DNA of 60,257 nucleotides from Candidatus Magasanikiibacteriota bacterium. GTDB lineage: Bacteria > Patescibacteriota > Patescibacteriia > Magasanikbacterales > UBA922. Positions 44,950 to 53,220 of the stretch are shown here, in pieces. Position 1 is the stretch's first letter. Every line of letters starts with the position of its first letter. Below the pieces are notes generated by a model, which saw nothing but the letters and a program-made list of their open reading frames with translations, was not told the origin of the DNA and did not search any database. A program made the translations under genes and the position numbers. The stretch covers positions 1 through 60,257 of the forward strand of contig JAGOTR010000002.1 of the NCBI GenBank assembly GCA_018061685.1, in the 5' to 3' direction.

Positions 44950-46113
44950 TTATCTCGTGGCAAAAATATATTCATTTTTCTTTGCTTGTTCTTCTGTGTA
45001 CACGTGAACTAAACTCGCAACAATCTTATTCCATTCGTATTCTTTTTCAATAGTGTGCTTATGTTCTTCACCAACGGTAGCCAATATGCGGACATCAGTC
45101 TCAATAAGATCACTCATTTTTTTAGCCAAGTCATCAATCGAGCCAGCAGTAAATTGATACGCAGTATCTGTAATCAAGTCACGATGTTCCAAAATATCAG
45201 AAACCAATACAGGCAATCCATAACTCATGGCTTCTAACACCACAATAGGTAACCCTTCGTTATCAGATGGGTGAACGGCAAATCGAGCATGACTATAGAG
45301 TTGATGTAACGTTTCTCCTGACTGAAATCCCATAAACACCACATCTGGCATATCTTCGGCCTGTGCATGTAGTGCCTCAACATACGTATCGGTGTAGTAT
45401 CCATCACCCACAATCACTAATTTCATTCCAGCCAAAAGCTTTGGATTTTTTTCTTGTATACGCTTCCATGCGTCAATCAAATAATGTGCCCCTTTATGAG
45501 GAATCAATCGACTCACCATAAGGACATACTTTTGTGGAGTCAAACTCCATGCACGAATACGATTGGTTTCCGCTGTTTTTGGACGAAGTGCAACCGCATT
45601 CGGAATATACTCTGCATGTGCATCATACACGTCCCTTGCGTATTGTTGAATGGTGCGAGATACGGCAATTGTTTTATGTGCAAATTGACATGCAGTCCAT
45701 TCACCAAATCGTAACATGAGGCGTGCAATACCATTCCACTTTTGATGTTTTCTATCAATTGAGTGAAACGTGGTGATAATACGAATATGTGACGCAAATA
45801 CACGAGGAATCCATGACAAGAGTGACGGACCAACACCGTGGTAATGAATAATGTCTACTTGTGATCGAATGGCATGAATGGTGGCAAACAATGTATGCAC
45901 AATCGCATCCAAATGCTTAGTATGAATGGTTGGGACATACTGAATATGTACACCCTCAATATCGGTCACCATATCCTGTGCATACCATTTTCTTGCATAC
46001 ACAGTCACCTGTACACCATGCTGAACCAAGCGTCTTGATAATCCATCAACATGCTGTTCCACCCCACCATGGATAGCGGGCATTCCTTTTTGTCCAATCA
46101 TGGCAATATGCAT
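44950..46113 (-). CDS. Glycosyltransferase, GT4/group 1
   Basis: MHIAMIGQKGMPAIHGGVEQHV N-terminus, EGLPIVVLEAMSYGLPVLVSD motif. Start trimmed (ATG 46113 or 46128) because 46145-46173 is a promoter. Confidence 0.8.
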   Translation of the reverse strand: MHIAMIGQKGMPAIHGGVEQHVDGLSRRLVQHGVQVTVYARKWYAQDMVTDIEGVHIQYVPTIHTKHLDAIVHTLFATIHAIRSQVDIIHYHGVGPSLLSWIPRVFASHIRIITTFHSIDRKHQKWNGIARLMLRFGEWTACQFAHKTIAVSRTIQQYARDVYDAHAEYIPNAVALRPKTAETNRIRAWSLTPQKYVLMVSRLIPHKGAHYLIDAWKRIQEKNPKLLAGMKLVIVGDGYYTDTYVEALHAQAEDMPDVVFMGFQSGETLHQLYSHARFAVHPSDNEGLPIVVLEAMSYGLPVLVSDILEHRDLITDTAYQFTAGSIDDLAKKMSDLIETDVRILATVGEEHKHTIEKEYEWNKIVASLVHVYTEEQAKKNEYIFATR

Positions 46114-46144
46114 ACGGTAGTAGGCCATATATAAATAACGGCTC

Positions 46145-46173
46145 AGTATAGCATATTTTACCACTCTTGTCAA
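46145..46173 (-). promoter_or_regulatory. Strong sigma70-type promoter (TTGACA-N17-TGcTATACT)
   Basis: Minus strand reads TTGACAAGAGTGGTAAAATATGCTATACT. 24 of 29 positions match the promoter at 58745..58774 (my hand alignment). Confidence 0.6.
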
Positions 46174-46212
46174 GGCTTTTTAGTAACAAAAAATGGCTTA
46201 AATTAGCAAAAT

Positions 46213-46312
46213 TTAACAATTAACGATTAACAATTAACTAGTAACTTTTTAAATTAAATCGTTCACCAAAGGATCATCAAGTTAATTGTTACTAGTTAGT
46301 AGTTAATTGTTA
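46213..46312. repeat. Family C TTAACAATTAAC-rich imperfect palindrome
   Basis: AACAATTAACTAGTAAC (46229-46245) pairs with GTTACTAGTTAGTAGTTAATTGTT (46288-46311). Related strings occur at 5231-5262 and 41974-42017. Confidence 0.7.
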
Positions 46313-48379
46313 TTAGATTCCCTCACTCAACCCCACAATATCGTCTTTTCCATCAAAATCAACGTCTGTGACCTCTACATGAATCCCAGGGGTACCTAGT
46401 GCGCTGTAGGCTAAAAATTGAGGAAATACTTCTTGTCCCATAAGTGTCATGGTTTTAATCCATGGTTTTGCCCCCGATGCGGGGGAAACAACAATTTCAT
46501 CTTCACCATTTCCATCGACGTCCCCAGCGGCGATACTCACCCCACCTCGAAATGATGTATCAAACGCATACCATTCGGTAAGTTGTTTGAGTGATAAATC
46601 AAATATGCGTACCAATGAAGACCCCCCAGTATCACTACTCACGATAAGACGAGGAATGTCGCCCTGACCAAACCGTCCAACCGCAACATGATACCCATGT
46701 GCATGCAGTGGCCCGAGGGGCTTCCAATCTGTTTTAATCACATCGCCATTGAGTTGATATATTTTAATTGGTAAATTACTCCCACTGCCTGGGGCAACAA
46801 TCACTTCTTTCCACGTATCATTATCTAAATCGGCAATAGTTATATTCAATTCTCCGCGATAATTTGCGGTATACGGATACACACGAAAAAAGGGTTGTGT
46901 GTCGTCTCGCCATGCTTGTATTTTGCCACCTGACACCACAAGCAAATCATCTTTTTTATCAAAATTTAAATCCGTATGAATAATGGTATCTTTTCCTTTA
47001 TACGCATCTTCAAACACAAAAAAACCGTTTCGCACTCTGTCACCATTTGGACGAAAAAATCGGGCAAAAGCACCATTGGTAAACATGGTATTTTGGAGGG
47101 TTGAAAACGTTTTCAGTAATATACGACCATCTTTTGGCGCCAGTGATACTTCGGACACGATAGAACCATTATTCACACTCGTATCTTGAGTACCACGCAA
47201 TGATTCATAATCACCCCCTAATGAAACAAGAGTACTTTTATCAGAACTATTGACGACAGCAATACCGTTTTCAAATTGACGTTGCCACACATCGGGTTTG
47301 TACGTCGTGTTTCCTTGCAAAGATACGGCACTCGTGATTGGATCACCAAGATGAGCGTTGTATTCGTCGTACCACCAGAGTTGCCCATGGTTAGTGTCAC
47401 CAAAATCGTAAGAAAAATATCCATCTTCTAAAAGAGTACTCCCAAGTGCAAACCGCATCCGTTGATAGTTTGACTGTGCGTGTGCTCCATTATCTGTATT
47501 ACTATTAACAATCTGTATTTGTGGCTGATGAGGTGTATTTTGATTATAGGCATAGGTATCCATAAACCGTTGCCAATTTTCTTCGGAAAAATTTTCAAGC
47601 ATTTTTCCATTTACCTGATCTCGATATGCACGGCTATCACCATTGGCGACAATAATAAATCTATTTCGTGTGAGTTGTCGTGTTTTACTGTACAAGGCTT
47701 CAGTCCCCGCTTGCCAAGACGCTTGTAAATTTTTTTCTTTTACGCCATCTCTATTTAAATCAGCATTCTCGCCGGCAAAATACCGAACATCATCCCATGC
47801 GTTATCATAAAATACCCCATCCCAAAGGCCTGTTCCTAAAATATCTTGAGCAACAAATTCTGCCATCACGTCGGAGAATTGTTTATTATTCACCCGTGGA
47901 GAGTCAATACTCACATTCAAAATATAGGTTCCTGGCCAAAATGTTGTTTTATTGCCTGTTGTATCATACACATACCATTCAGGAAAAATTTTTGCTCCTA
48001 ATTTTCTTCGTAACGCACTATCGGAGCTACCTGGGTTTTGCACAATTTCTTGCGGCGTAATATACGCTAAAAGGGTGATGTTTGGGTTCCACTCACGCAT
48101 TCTTCGTAAAAGAGTCGCACTTCTTTCTTGCACTTCCATATCTAACACCACCACATCCCACTTAGCGAGTTCTCGGGCTTGCACTTCACTGAGTGACCAG
48201 TGCAAAAAATAATTAGCCGTCTTTGGGAAGACGTGATTGGTAGGAGGTGCGGCAAAAACTATGGGAGAATAAAAGACTGAGACTAAGATTGAGAATATGA
48301 GTGATAGACAAAAAAACTTCGTGCGTGTCACGAGGGGGTATTTTTTGAAAATGATTTTTTGTTTGTTTTTATTCATCAT
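46313..48379 (-). CDS. Secreted protein: N-terminal TIM-barrel glycoside-hydrolase-like domain plus C-terminal FG-GAP/VCBS repeats
   Basis: Signal/TM at the N-terminus. WDVVVLDME...WDGVFYDNAW region resembles GH114/GHL-type domains. C-terminal DxDxDG-like repeats (DLDNDTWKEVIV, DVDGNGEDEIVV, DVDFDGKDDIVG). Confidence 0.6.
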   Translation of the reverse strand: MMNKNKQKIIFKKYPLVTRTKFFCLSLIFSILVSVFYSPIVFAAPPTNHVFPKTANYFLHWSLSEVQARELAKWDVVVLDMEVQERSATLLRRMREWNPNITLLAYITPQEIVQNPGSSDSALRRKLGAKIFPEWYVYDTTGNKTTFWPGTYILNVSIDSPRVNNKQFSDVMAEFVAQDILGTGLWDGVFYDNAWDDVRYFAGENADLNRDGVKEKNLQASWQAGTEALYSKTRQLTRNRFIIVANGDSRAYRDQVNGKMLENFSEENWQRFMDTYAYNQNTPHQPQIQIVNSNTDNGAHAQSNYQRMRFALGSTLLEDGYFSYDFGDTNHGQLWWYDEYNAHLGDPITSAVSLQGNTTYKPDVWQRQFENGIAVVNSSDKSTLVSLGGDYESLRGTQDTSVNNGSIVSEVSLAPKDGRILLKTFSTLQNTMFTNGAFARFFRPNGDRVRNGFFVFEDAYKGKDTIIHTDLNFDKKDDLLVVSGGKIQAWRDDTQPFFRVYPYTANYRGELNITIADLDNDTWKEVIVAPGSGSNLPIKIYQLNGDVIKTDWKPLGPLHAHGYHVAVGRFGQGDIPRLIVSSDTGGSSLVRIFDLSLKQLTEWYAFDTSFRGGVSIAAGDVDGNGEDEIVVSPASGAKPWIKTMTLMGQEVFPQFLAYSALGTPGIHVEVTDVDFDGKDDIVGLSEGI

Positions 48380-48400
48380 ATACTTATCTTGTCACTCCAA

Positions 48401-48423
48401 GCCTGCCTGTCCGGTAGGCAGGC
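48401..48423. repeat. Family D hairpin (GCCTGCCT-GTCCGGT-AGGCAGGC)
   Basis: Shares TCACT(T)C..AAGCCTGCCTGT with the 7381-7409 copy. A third related string lies at 44905-44935. Confidence 0.6.
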
Positions 48424-48471
48424 GAAAGGAGGCATCAGCCGACTGACAAAAAAAATCTTATTCTTCAGTCC

Positions 48472-49098
48472 TCACCAAACAACAACAAAATCAAGTGTAA
48501 AACCAAATAATTTATTCTGATAGATATAAAAATTCTCTATTCCCGCTTTTTTCAGGGCCAGCTCTAATTCTTTTTTTGACAACAATGACATGTACGAACC
48601 AGTTGCCCATTCTTTTTTTATCAATCGTAAAAAGGCATCAAATACTGATTTGGGGAAAAAATGAAGAAGAGGAACTCGTGTATGCACTTCGATTGGGAAC
48701 AATTTGTTTGGAGTTGTGATATACGCATGGCGAGACGTTCTTTTTATTTCTCGCAAAAAATCAATTTGTTTTTGAAAATTTCCCACATGTTCAATCACGG
48801 CATTTGACCAACAGACATCAAAATATGTATCGGAAAATGGAAATATATTTCCATCATATTGGATAGCCTTTACCTGCGGGTATTTTTTTTGGAAGTCTTT
48901 TGGGTCATCAATGCCGAGTGCTGTAATTTGTTTTGGATACGGATAATTTTTTTCTAAAAAATTATCAGTATCACTGTACTCTACCGCATTAAAACCTACA
49001 TCCAAAATGCGCCATTCTGGAGTAATAGGAAACACATCAACAAATCGTTGCCATTTTCTTTTTCTATTCCACGAGGAAATTTTGTATGCGAGTGACAT
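48472..49098 (-). CDS. Class I SAM-dependent methyltransferase
   Basis: ILDVGFN motif I and FDVCWSNAVIEHV (Methyltransf_11-like). Confidence 0.7.
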   Translation of the reverse strand: MSLAYKISSWNRKRKWQRFVDVFPITPEWRILDVGFNAVEYSDTDNFLEKNYPYPKQITALGIDDPKDFQKKYPQVKAIQYDGNIFPFSDTYFDVCWSNAVIEHVGNFQKQIDFLREIKRTSRHAYITTPNKLFPIEVHTRVPLLHFFPKSVFDAFLRLIKKEWATGSYMSLLSKKELELALKKAGIENFYIYQNKLFGFTLDFVVVW

Positions 49099-49102
49099 AT
49101 TG

Positions 49103-49240
49103 GGGAGTATGCAGATATGCGGATAATGCAGATTTACGGATGTGGTTGATTATTAGATCAATCGATTATTAGTATTAAAATACGAATAATCTATTTATTC
49201 AATAATCTAATCATCAAAACTATCCGCATATCTGCATATT
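49103..49240. repeat. Family B palindromic element, copy 2 (inverted relative to copy 1)
   Basis: 49103-49141 is the exact reverse complement of 42220-42258. The right arm ATCCGCATATCTGCAT (49222-49237) pairs with 49109-49124. Overlaps the last codons and the stop of the upstream GT gene. Confidence 0.85.
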
Positions 49241-50452
49241 ATTATATGATTCTTCAATTCTACGAATATGCGTTTCTACATCATTGTTCACTTCGACTTG
49301 TTTTCTGAGTGTACTACTCATTTTTTTTCTTATTTGTAATGGTGCATAATACCATGTTTCTATCGCCTGTGCAAGGCTTTTTGCGTCGTTTGGCTTGACT
49401 AATAATTCTTTTGGTAATAATTCTGGAATACCCCCAATACGCGACCCTATAACAATTTTTCCTAATGCTTTTGGTTCTAAAATACTTAATGGGTAATTTT
49501 CATACCAAAGAGATGGTACCACAAAAAGACGGGCCTCCTCGAGTAACTTTTGTAAGGACTCCCCTGTTTGAAAACCGGTACAACGGACATTAGATATTTT
49601 TTCCGTATGAATGCGTTTCGTAATCCCTAATAACTCAGGCCCCGTCCCCACTATTTTATACGAAATATCGGGTGTTTTTTTTGCTGCATCTAATAGTACA
49701 TGAAGTCCCTTTTCTTCAGAGAGTCTTCCCACATAGGCCACGAACCCTCCGTCTTTTTTGGTGGGTGGAGTAACGTGAGTGGTATCGATTGGGTGTGGAA
49801 TATGAATAAACCTATTTTTATTCCACCCATGTTTCACACAGATATCGAGAATAAATTGACTTGGCGCAATAAATTGATCGACATATCGTTCATAATATTT
49901 CATGATTTTGTGATGAAATATCATTTCAGCACGAACAACACGGCTTTGGATGCGACTATCTTTCATGCATTTATTTTTCACGCAGGTGCCATACCAGCCC
50001 ACAGCATCCTCTTCATGAATTTCCCCATGATGAAACATGGTGTAATTGGGAGAAATAAGTTTGTAATCATGGAGCGTCATGATAATGGGTATGTTTCTTT
50101 TTTTTATCACAGGCAAAATAGACGGTGAAATATGATGATAAATATTGTGCAAATGCACCACATCGACCTGGTGTTCAGAGAGTAAGCGTTCCATATTCCG
50201 CTTGGCTTCAAGCGAATATAACATACGTCCAACGGATTGAATTTTTTTTCTGAACGACACTTTTTGCGGATCACTAATATCCATTTCTGAAACAAAATAC
50301 GGGCTATACGGGCTTGGGAGGGCACTAGGGTGATGCATGGAAAACGGAATTACGGTATGCCCTTTTTTTTGTAATTCTTCCGACAAAAACAAGGCATAGT
50401 TCGATGCGCCATCTCGATGCCAAAAATATTTATGCGCTTGTACAATATTCAT
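49220..50452 (-). CDS. Glycosyltransferase, GT4/group 1
   Basis: GT-B fold motifs (YENYPLSILEPKALGKIVIGSRIGGIPE). Start at ATG 50452 (or GTG 50458). C-terminal NNMQICG and the stop are encoded by the family B repeat. Confidence 0.8.
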   Translation of the reverse strand: MNIVQAHKYFWHRDGASNYALFLSEELQKKGHTVIPFSMHHPSALPSPYSPYFVSEMDISDPQKVSFRKKIQSVGRMLYSLEAKRNMERLLSEHQVDVVHLHNIYHHISPSILPVIKKRNIPIIMTLHDYKLISPNYTMFHHGEIHEEDAVGWYGTCVKNKCMKDSRIQSRVVRAEMIFHHKIMKYYERYVDQFIAPSQFILDICVKHGWNKNRFIHIPHPIDTTHVTPPTKKDGGFVAYVGRLSEEKGLHVLLDAAKKTPDISYKIVGTGPELLGITKRIHTEKISNVRCTGFQTGESLQKLLEEARLFVVPSLWYENYPLSILEPKALGKIVIGSRIGGIPELLPKELLVKPNDAKSLAQAIETWYYAPLQIRKKMSSTLRKQVEVNNDVETHIRRIEESYNNMQICG

Positions 50453-50464
50453 ACACACGGTATT

Positions 50465-50492
50465 TTGTTAGACCAAAGAAAACTGATATACT
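50465..50492 (+). promoter_or_regulatory. Putative promoter (TTGTTA-N16-TGaTATACT)
   Basis: -35 at 50465-50470, extended -10 at 50484-50492. Upstream of the ATG at 50538. Confidence 0.5.
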
Positions 50493-50537
50493 TGCCTATA
50501 GTATAAATCAAATTTGCATTTGTTGCTAGAATCAACT

Positions 50538-51923
50538 ATGTCTGTACATAAACCACTCATCACATTTCTTTCAATTATTACGATTGGGGTTATACTCAAC
50601 CCTTTTTTTGGTATTGATGTACTCTTGATTGGCATAGCACTCTTGGTCGTAGGGCATGTGTTTTTGCAAGAAAAATTACTGTTTGCCTTTTTGATTGCTC
50701 GGCCCATTTTGGATATTTGGCGAGATGTGCATGTAGTACAGTTGCAGAATATTGACATTAATATGAATGCGGCACTGACGGGGTTATTTTTAGTATGGGC
50801 CGTGTATATGTTGCTCCAACACGCACAAAGCCTCAAAGAAATACCTGGCAGTATCTTGGGGAGCCTTGTGGCACTGTGTATGGCGGTAAGCTTTTTTTGG
50901 AGTGTCTCCCCTGTTTCAACACTTATAGAAACCATGAAATTTGTTTCTGTGTTTGTGTGTTTTTTGCTTGGGTTTGTAAGTATACAAAAGAAAAAATTTA
51001 CGTTTCAAGAATTAGCCATAGCCACACTTGCGGCGGCTGTTATTCCCCTGTTACTTGGCCTCTTCCAGGTATTTTTTCAAGCGGGTATTACGACGTTTGA
51101 TATTCGTGGTCGTATTTTTGGTACATTTGCCCACCCAAATATTTTTGCCTTTTTCATTCTTTCTCTCATCATGATTTATTTTCATTATGCGAGTGTGAAA
51201 AAAGAAGCGTTGTTTGTTGAACACCCAACGCTCACATACGTTGGTTATGGGGTACTTTTTTTTCTGCTCTTACAAACGTATACGCGAGCGGCGTGGGTGG
51301 GGTGTGTAGTATTTTTGCTTATTATGGGGGCACTCCAATTCCGACGGCTCCTCGGGTTTGTGTTGGTAGGCGGCATGGCGGGATATGTATTACTCTTCCC
51401 TATCAATGCATTTATTGAATATATAACGGATTATTCTCTTGAGAGTATTCAAGTAGTATCACGCATTACCTCTCGAAATGAAGATGCTGATTCGCTGTTA
51501 TGGCGTCAAGAATTATTTCAAGAAACCATTCCCCTCATTACTGCACGACCGTTGCTTGGATATGGCTATGGCACGTTTCCGCTGGTGTGGGAAAATTCAC
51601 GCAATGCCACCCACTTGTTTGATGATAGTGCAGAAGCGCATAATGACTATTTGAGGCTTGGGTTAGAAATTGGATTAGTGGGATTAGGACTCTATATACT
51701 ATTTTTGCTTTTCTTGTTTTCTCGTGTGATGCACATTATTTGGCATAAACAAAAAGAAAAAAATGATGTGTTATTTTTGGCGGCGTGGATTGGGGTGTTT
51801 CTGGTTATAAGTATTTCAGATAATATGCTGCATCATACGCCAATTATGTGGCTCACATGGAGTTGGTGGGGGGCATTATTTGCATCGAAATATGAGTATC
51901 TTCCGAAGGGGTTTTTGGGCTAG
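50538..51923 (+). CDS. O-antigen ligase/polymerase family membrane protein
   Basis: More than 10 TM segments and an AEAHNDYLRLGLEIGLVG loop motif. Start trimmed to the ATG at 50538. Confidence 0.75.
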   Translation: MSVHKPLITFLSIITIGVILNPFFGIDVLLIGIALLVVGHVFLQEKLLFAFLIARPILDIWRDVHVVQLQNIDINMNAALTGLFLVWAVYMLLQHAQSLKEIPGSILGSLVALCMAVSFFWSVSPVSTLIETMKFVSVFVCFLLGFVSIQKKKFTFQELAIATLAAAVIPLLLGLFQVFFQAGITTFDIRGRIFGTFAHPNIFAFFILSLIMIYFHYASVKKEALFVEHPTLTYVGYGVLFFLLLQTYTRAAWVGCVVFLLIMGALQFRRLLGFVLVGGMAGYVLLFPINAFIEYITDYSLESIQVVSRITSRNEDADSLLWRQELFQETIPLITARPLLGYGYGTFPLVWENSRNATHLFDDSAEAHNDYLRLGLEIGLVGLGLYILFLLFLFSRVMHIIWHKQKEKNDVLFLAAWIGVFLVISISDNMLHHTPIMWLTWSWWGALFASKYEYLPKGFLG

Positions 51924-51944
51924 AATTAGCTCTATTTTCTGTTC

Positions 51945-51973
51945 TTGACGAAATAATTTTGCTATCATATACT
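51945..51973 (+). promoter_or_regulatory. Promoter TTGACG-N17-TATACT for small coiled-coil gene 1
   Basis: -35 at 51945-51950, -10 at 51968-51973. Same hexamers and spacing as 52511..52539. Confidence 0.55.
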
Positions 51974-52025
51974 AGCAAAACGCTAGTGTTTTTTTTATTT
52001 ACGTGCCACACTTTATTGGCACATA

Positions 52026-52382
52026 ATGACAATACATATGGAGGGAACCACTACCGTAAAAGGAGCAGAGGACGTTTTGGATAAAGAAGAAAATCAGAAT
52101 ATAGATGAAAAAAATCTCATGCTTACCAAGGAAGAATTTAACAAATACGGAGCAACTCAAAATGATGTAAAATTATTAGACGTAAAAGTTTCCAATGATA
52201 TGGAAATGTGGAAAAATAGGTTAGATTTAAAAATAGAAGAGTTAACGATGCAAATAAAAAAACATAATATAGTTCTTGAATCAATGAATAATAGAGACCC
52301 TCAACACATACACACTATGTTAACCTCAATAGAGGTACTAAAAAGTCGTGTAAGTATATTGGAGATACGGATAAAGTGGTAA
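52026..52382 (+). CDS. Small coiled-coil hypothetical protein (118 aa)
   Basis: Heptad-rich. GATQNDVKLLDVKVSNDM aligns with LATTTDLQVLDHKVDYLK of the next gene. Both end in V-x-[IL]LE-x-R-[IK]-type tails. Confidence 0.6.
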   Translation: MTIHMEGTTTVKGAEDVLDKEENQNIDEKNLMLTKEEFNKYGATQNDVKLLDVKVSNDMEMWKNRLDLKIEELTMQIKKHNIVLESMNNRDPQHIHTMLTSIEVLKSRVSILEIRIKW

Positions 52383-52389
52383 CACCAAA

Positions 52390-52505
52390 TGTCATTGCGA
52401 GGAACGACCCGAGGGAGTGACGAAGCAATCTTTAATAGATGGTTTTACCATAATACTATCTATTAAAGATTGCTTCGTCGCCCTGAAGGGCTTCTCGCAA
52501 TGACA
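52390..52505. repeat. Family A palindromic element, copy 2
   Basis: 116-nt hairpin with the same outer arms as 5266..5372 but a different, still self-complementary core. Confidence 0.85.
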
Positions 52506-52510
52506 TACGC

Positions 52511-52539
52511 TTGACGAGAAAATGGCAGGTAATTATACT
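52511..52539 (+). promoter_or_regulatory. Promoter TTGACG-N17-TATACT for small coiled-coil gene 2
   Basis: -35 at 52511-52516, -10 at 52534-52539. Confidence 0.55.
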
Positions 52540-52572
52540 ACCCGTTGCTCTACATCATGAGCGATTTTATTT

Positions 52573-52959
52573 ATGCCAACACATTTGGCAATAATTCTTA
52601 CATCTATGGAGGAGACAAACATAAAGGGGATGTTGGAGGATATGTTGGGCATTTTGCAGCATATCAAAGATACCGGGGCATCGAAAGAGGATATTAAAGA
52701 TATGGCGACAAAAAATGATATCGTTGGCATGGCAACAAAAGAGGATATCAAAAACTTGGCAACGACAACTGATTTACAAGTATTAGATCATAAAGTCGAT
52801 TATCTCAAATATAAAATAGATACGATAGAAATAAAATTAGATAAACAAGGCAAAGCATTGGAAAAAATTGCAAAGACGAATCAACAAGATAATACTGCTT
52901 TGGGGAAAGATGTCATGCTGTTGAAAAAGAAAGTGTTGGTACTGGAAAACAGAAAATAA
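52573..52959 (+). CDS. Small coiled-coil hypothetical protein with (A)TKxDI repeats (128 aa)
   Basis: SKEDIKDMATKNDIVGMATKEDIKNLATTTDL repeats followed by heptads. Paralog of 52026..52382. The start could be an internal ATG (52606). Confidence 0.6.
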   Translation: MPTHLAIILTSMEETNIKGMLEDMLGILQHIKDTGASKEDIKDMATKNDIVGMATKEDIKNLATTTDLQVLDHKVDYLKYKIDTIEIKLDKQGKALEKIAKTNQQDNTALGKDVMLLKKKVLVLENRK

Positions 52960-52980
52960 AAATATATGTAAAAACAAAAA

Positions 52981-53006
52981 ACCCACTTTAAAAAGTGGGT
53001 TTTTTG
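52981..53006 (+). terminator. Intrinsic terminator
   Basis: ACCCACTT-TAAA-AAGTGGGT followed by TTTTTG. Confidence 0.8.
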
Positions 53007-53113
53007 TATTATTCTTTTCACAAGTAACTTATGGAGAGAATGATGGGGGGGCTCGGTGTTTTCTTGGGAAAAAACTTGTCCGAGCCCTAGGTTGAAAGAA
53101 CAGAGTTGGTGAA

Positions 53114-53150
53114 GGTCTCCCTGCGAGCTTTTGATGGCCGCAGGGAGACC
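53114..53150. other. 12-bp GC-rich hairpin downstream of the 772-aa CDS
   Basis: GGTCTCCCTGCG / CGCAGGGAGACC with a 13-nt loop. No U-run in the minus-strand orientation. Confidence 0.35.
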
Positions 53151-53220
53151 CGATTTTTAGAAGCTCATGTTGAGCCCTGTCTCACCTTGGCTTCAGGGGG
53201 TGAGGAGGGGTGGCTGGCGC

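Noticed and set aside
52557-52682. 41-codon G/Y-rich ORF in an alternative frame at the start of the second coiled-coil gene
   Set aside because: It is the first ATG after the predicted TSS. However, it is short, has no SD, overlaps a longer ORF that has a paralog, and has no other support.
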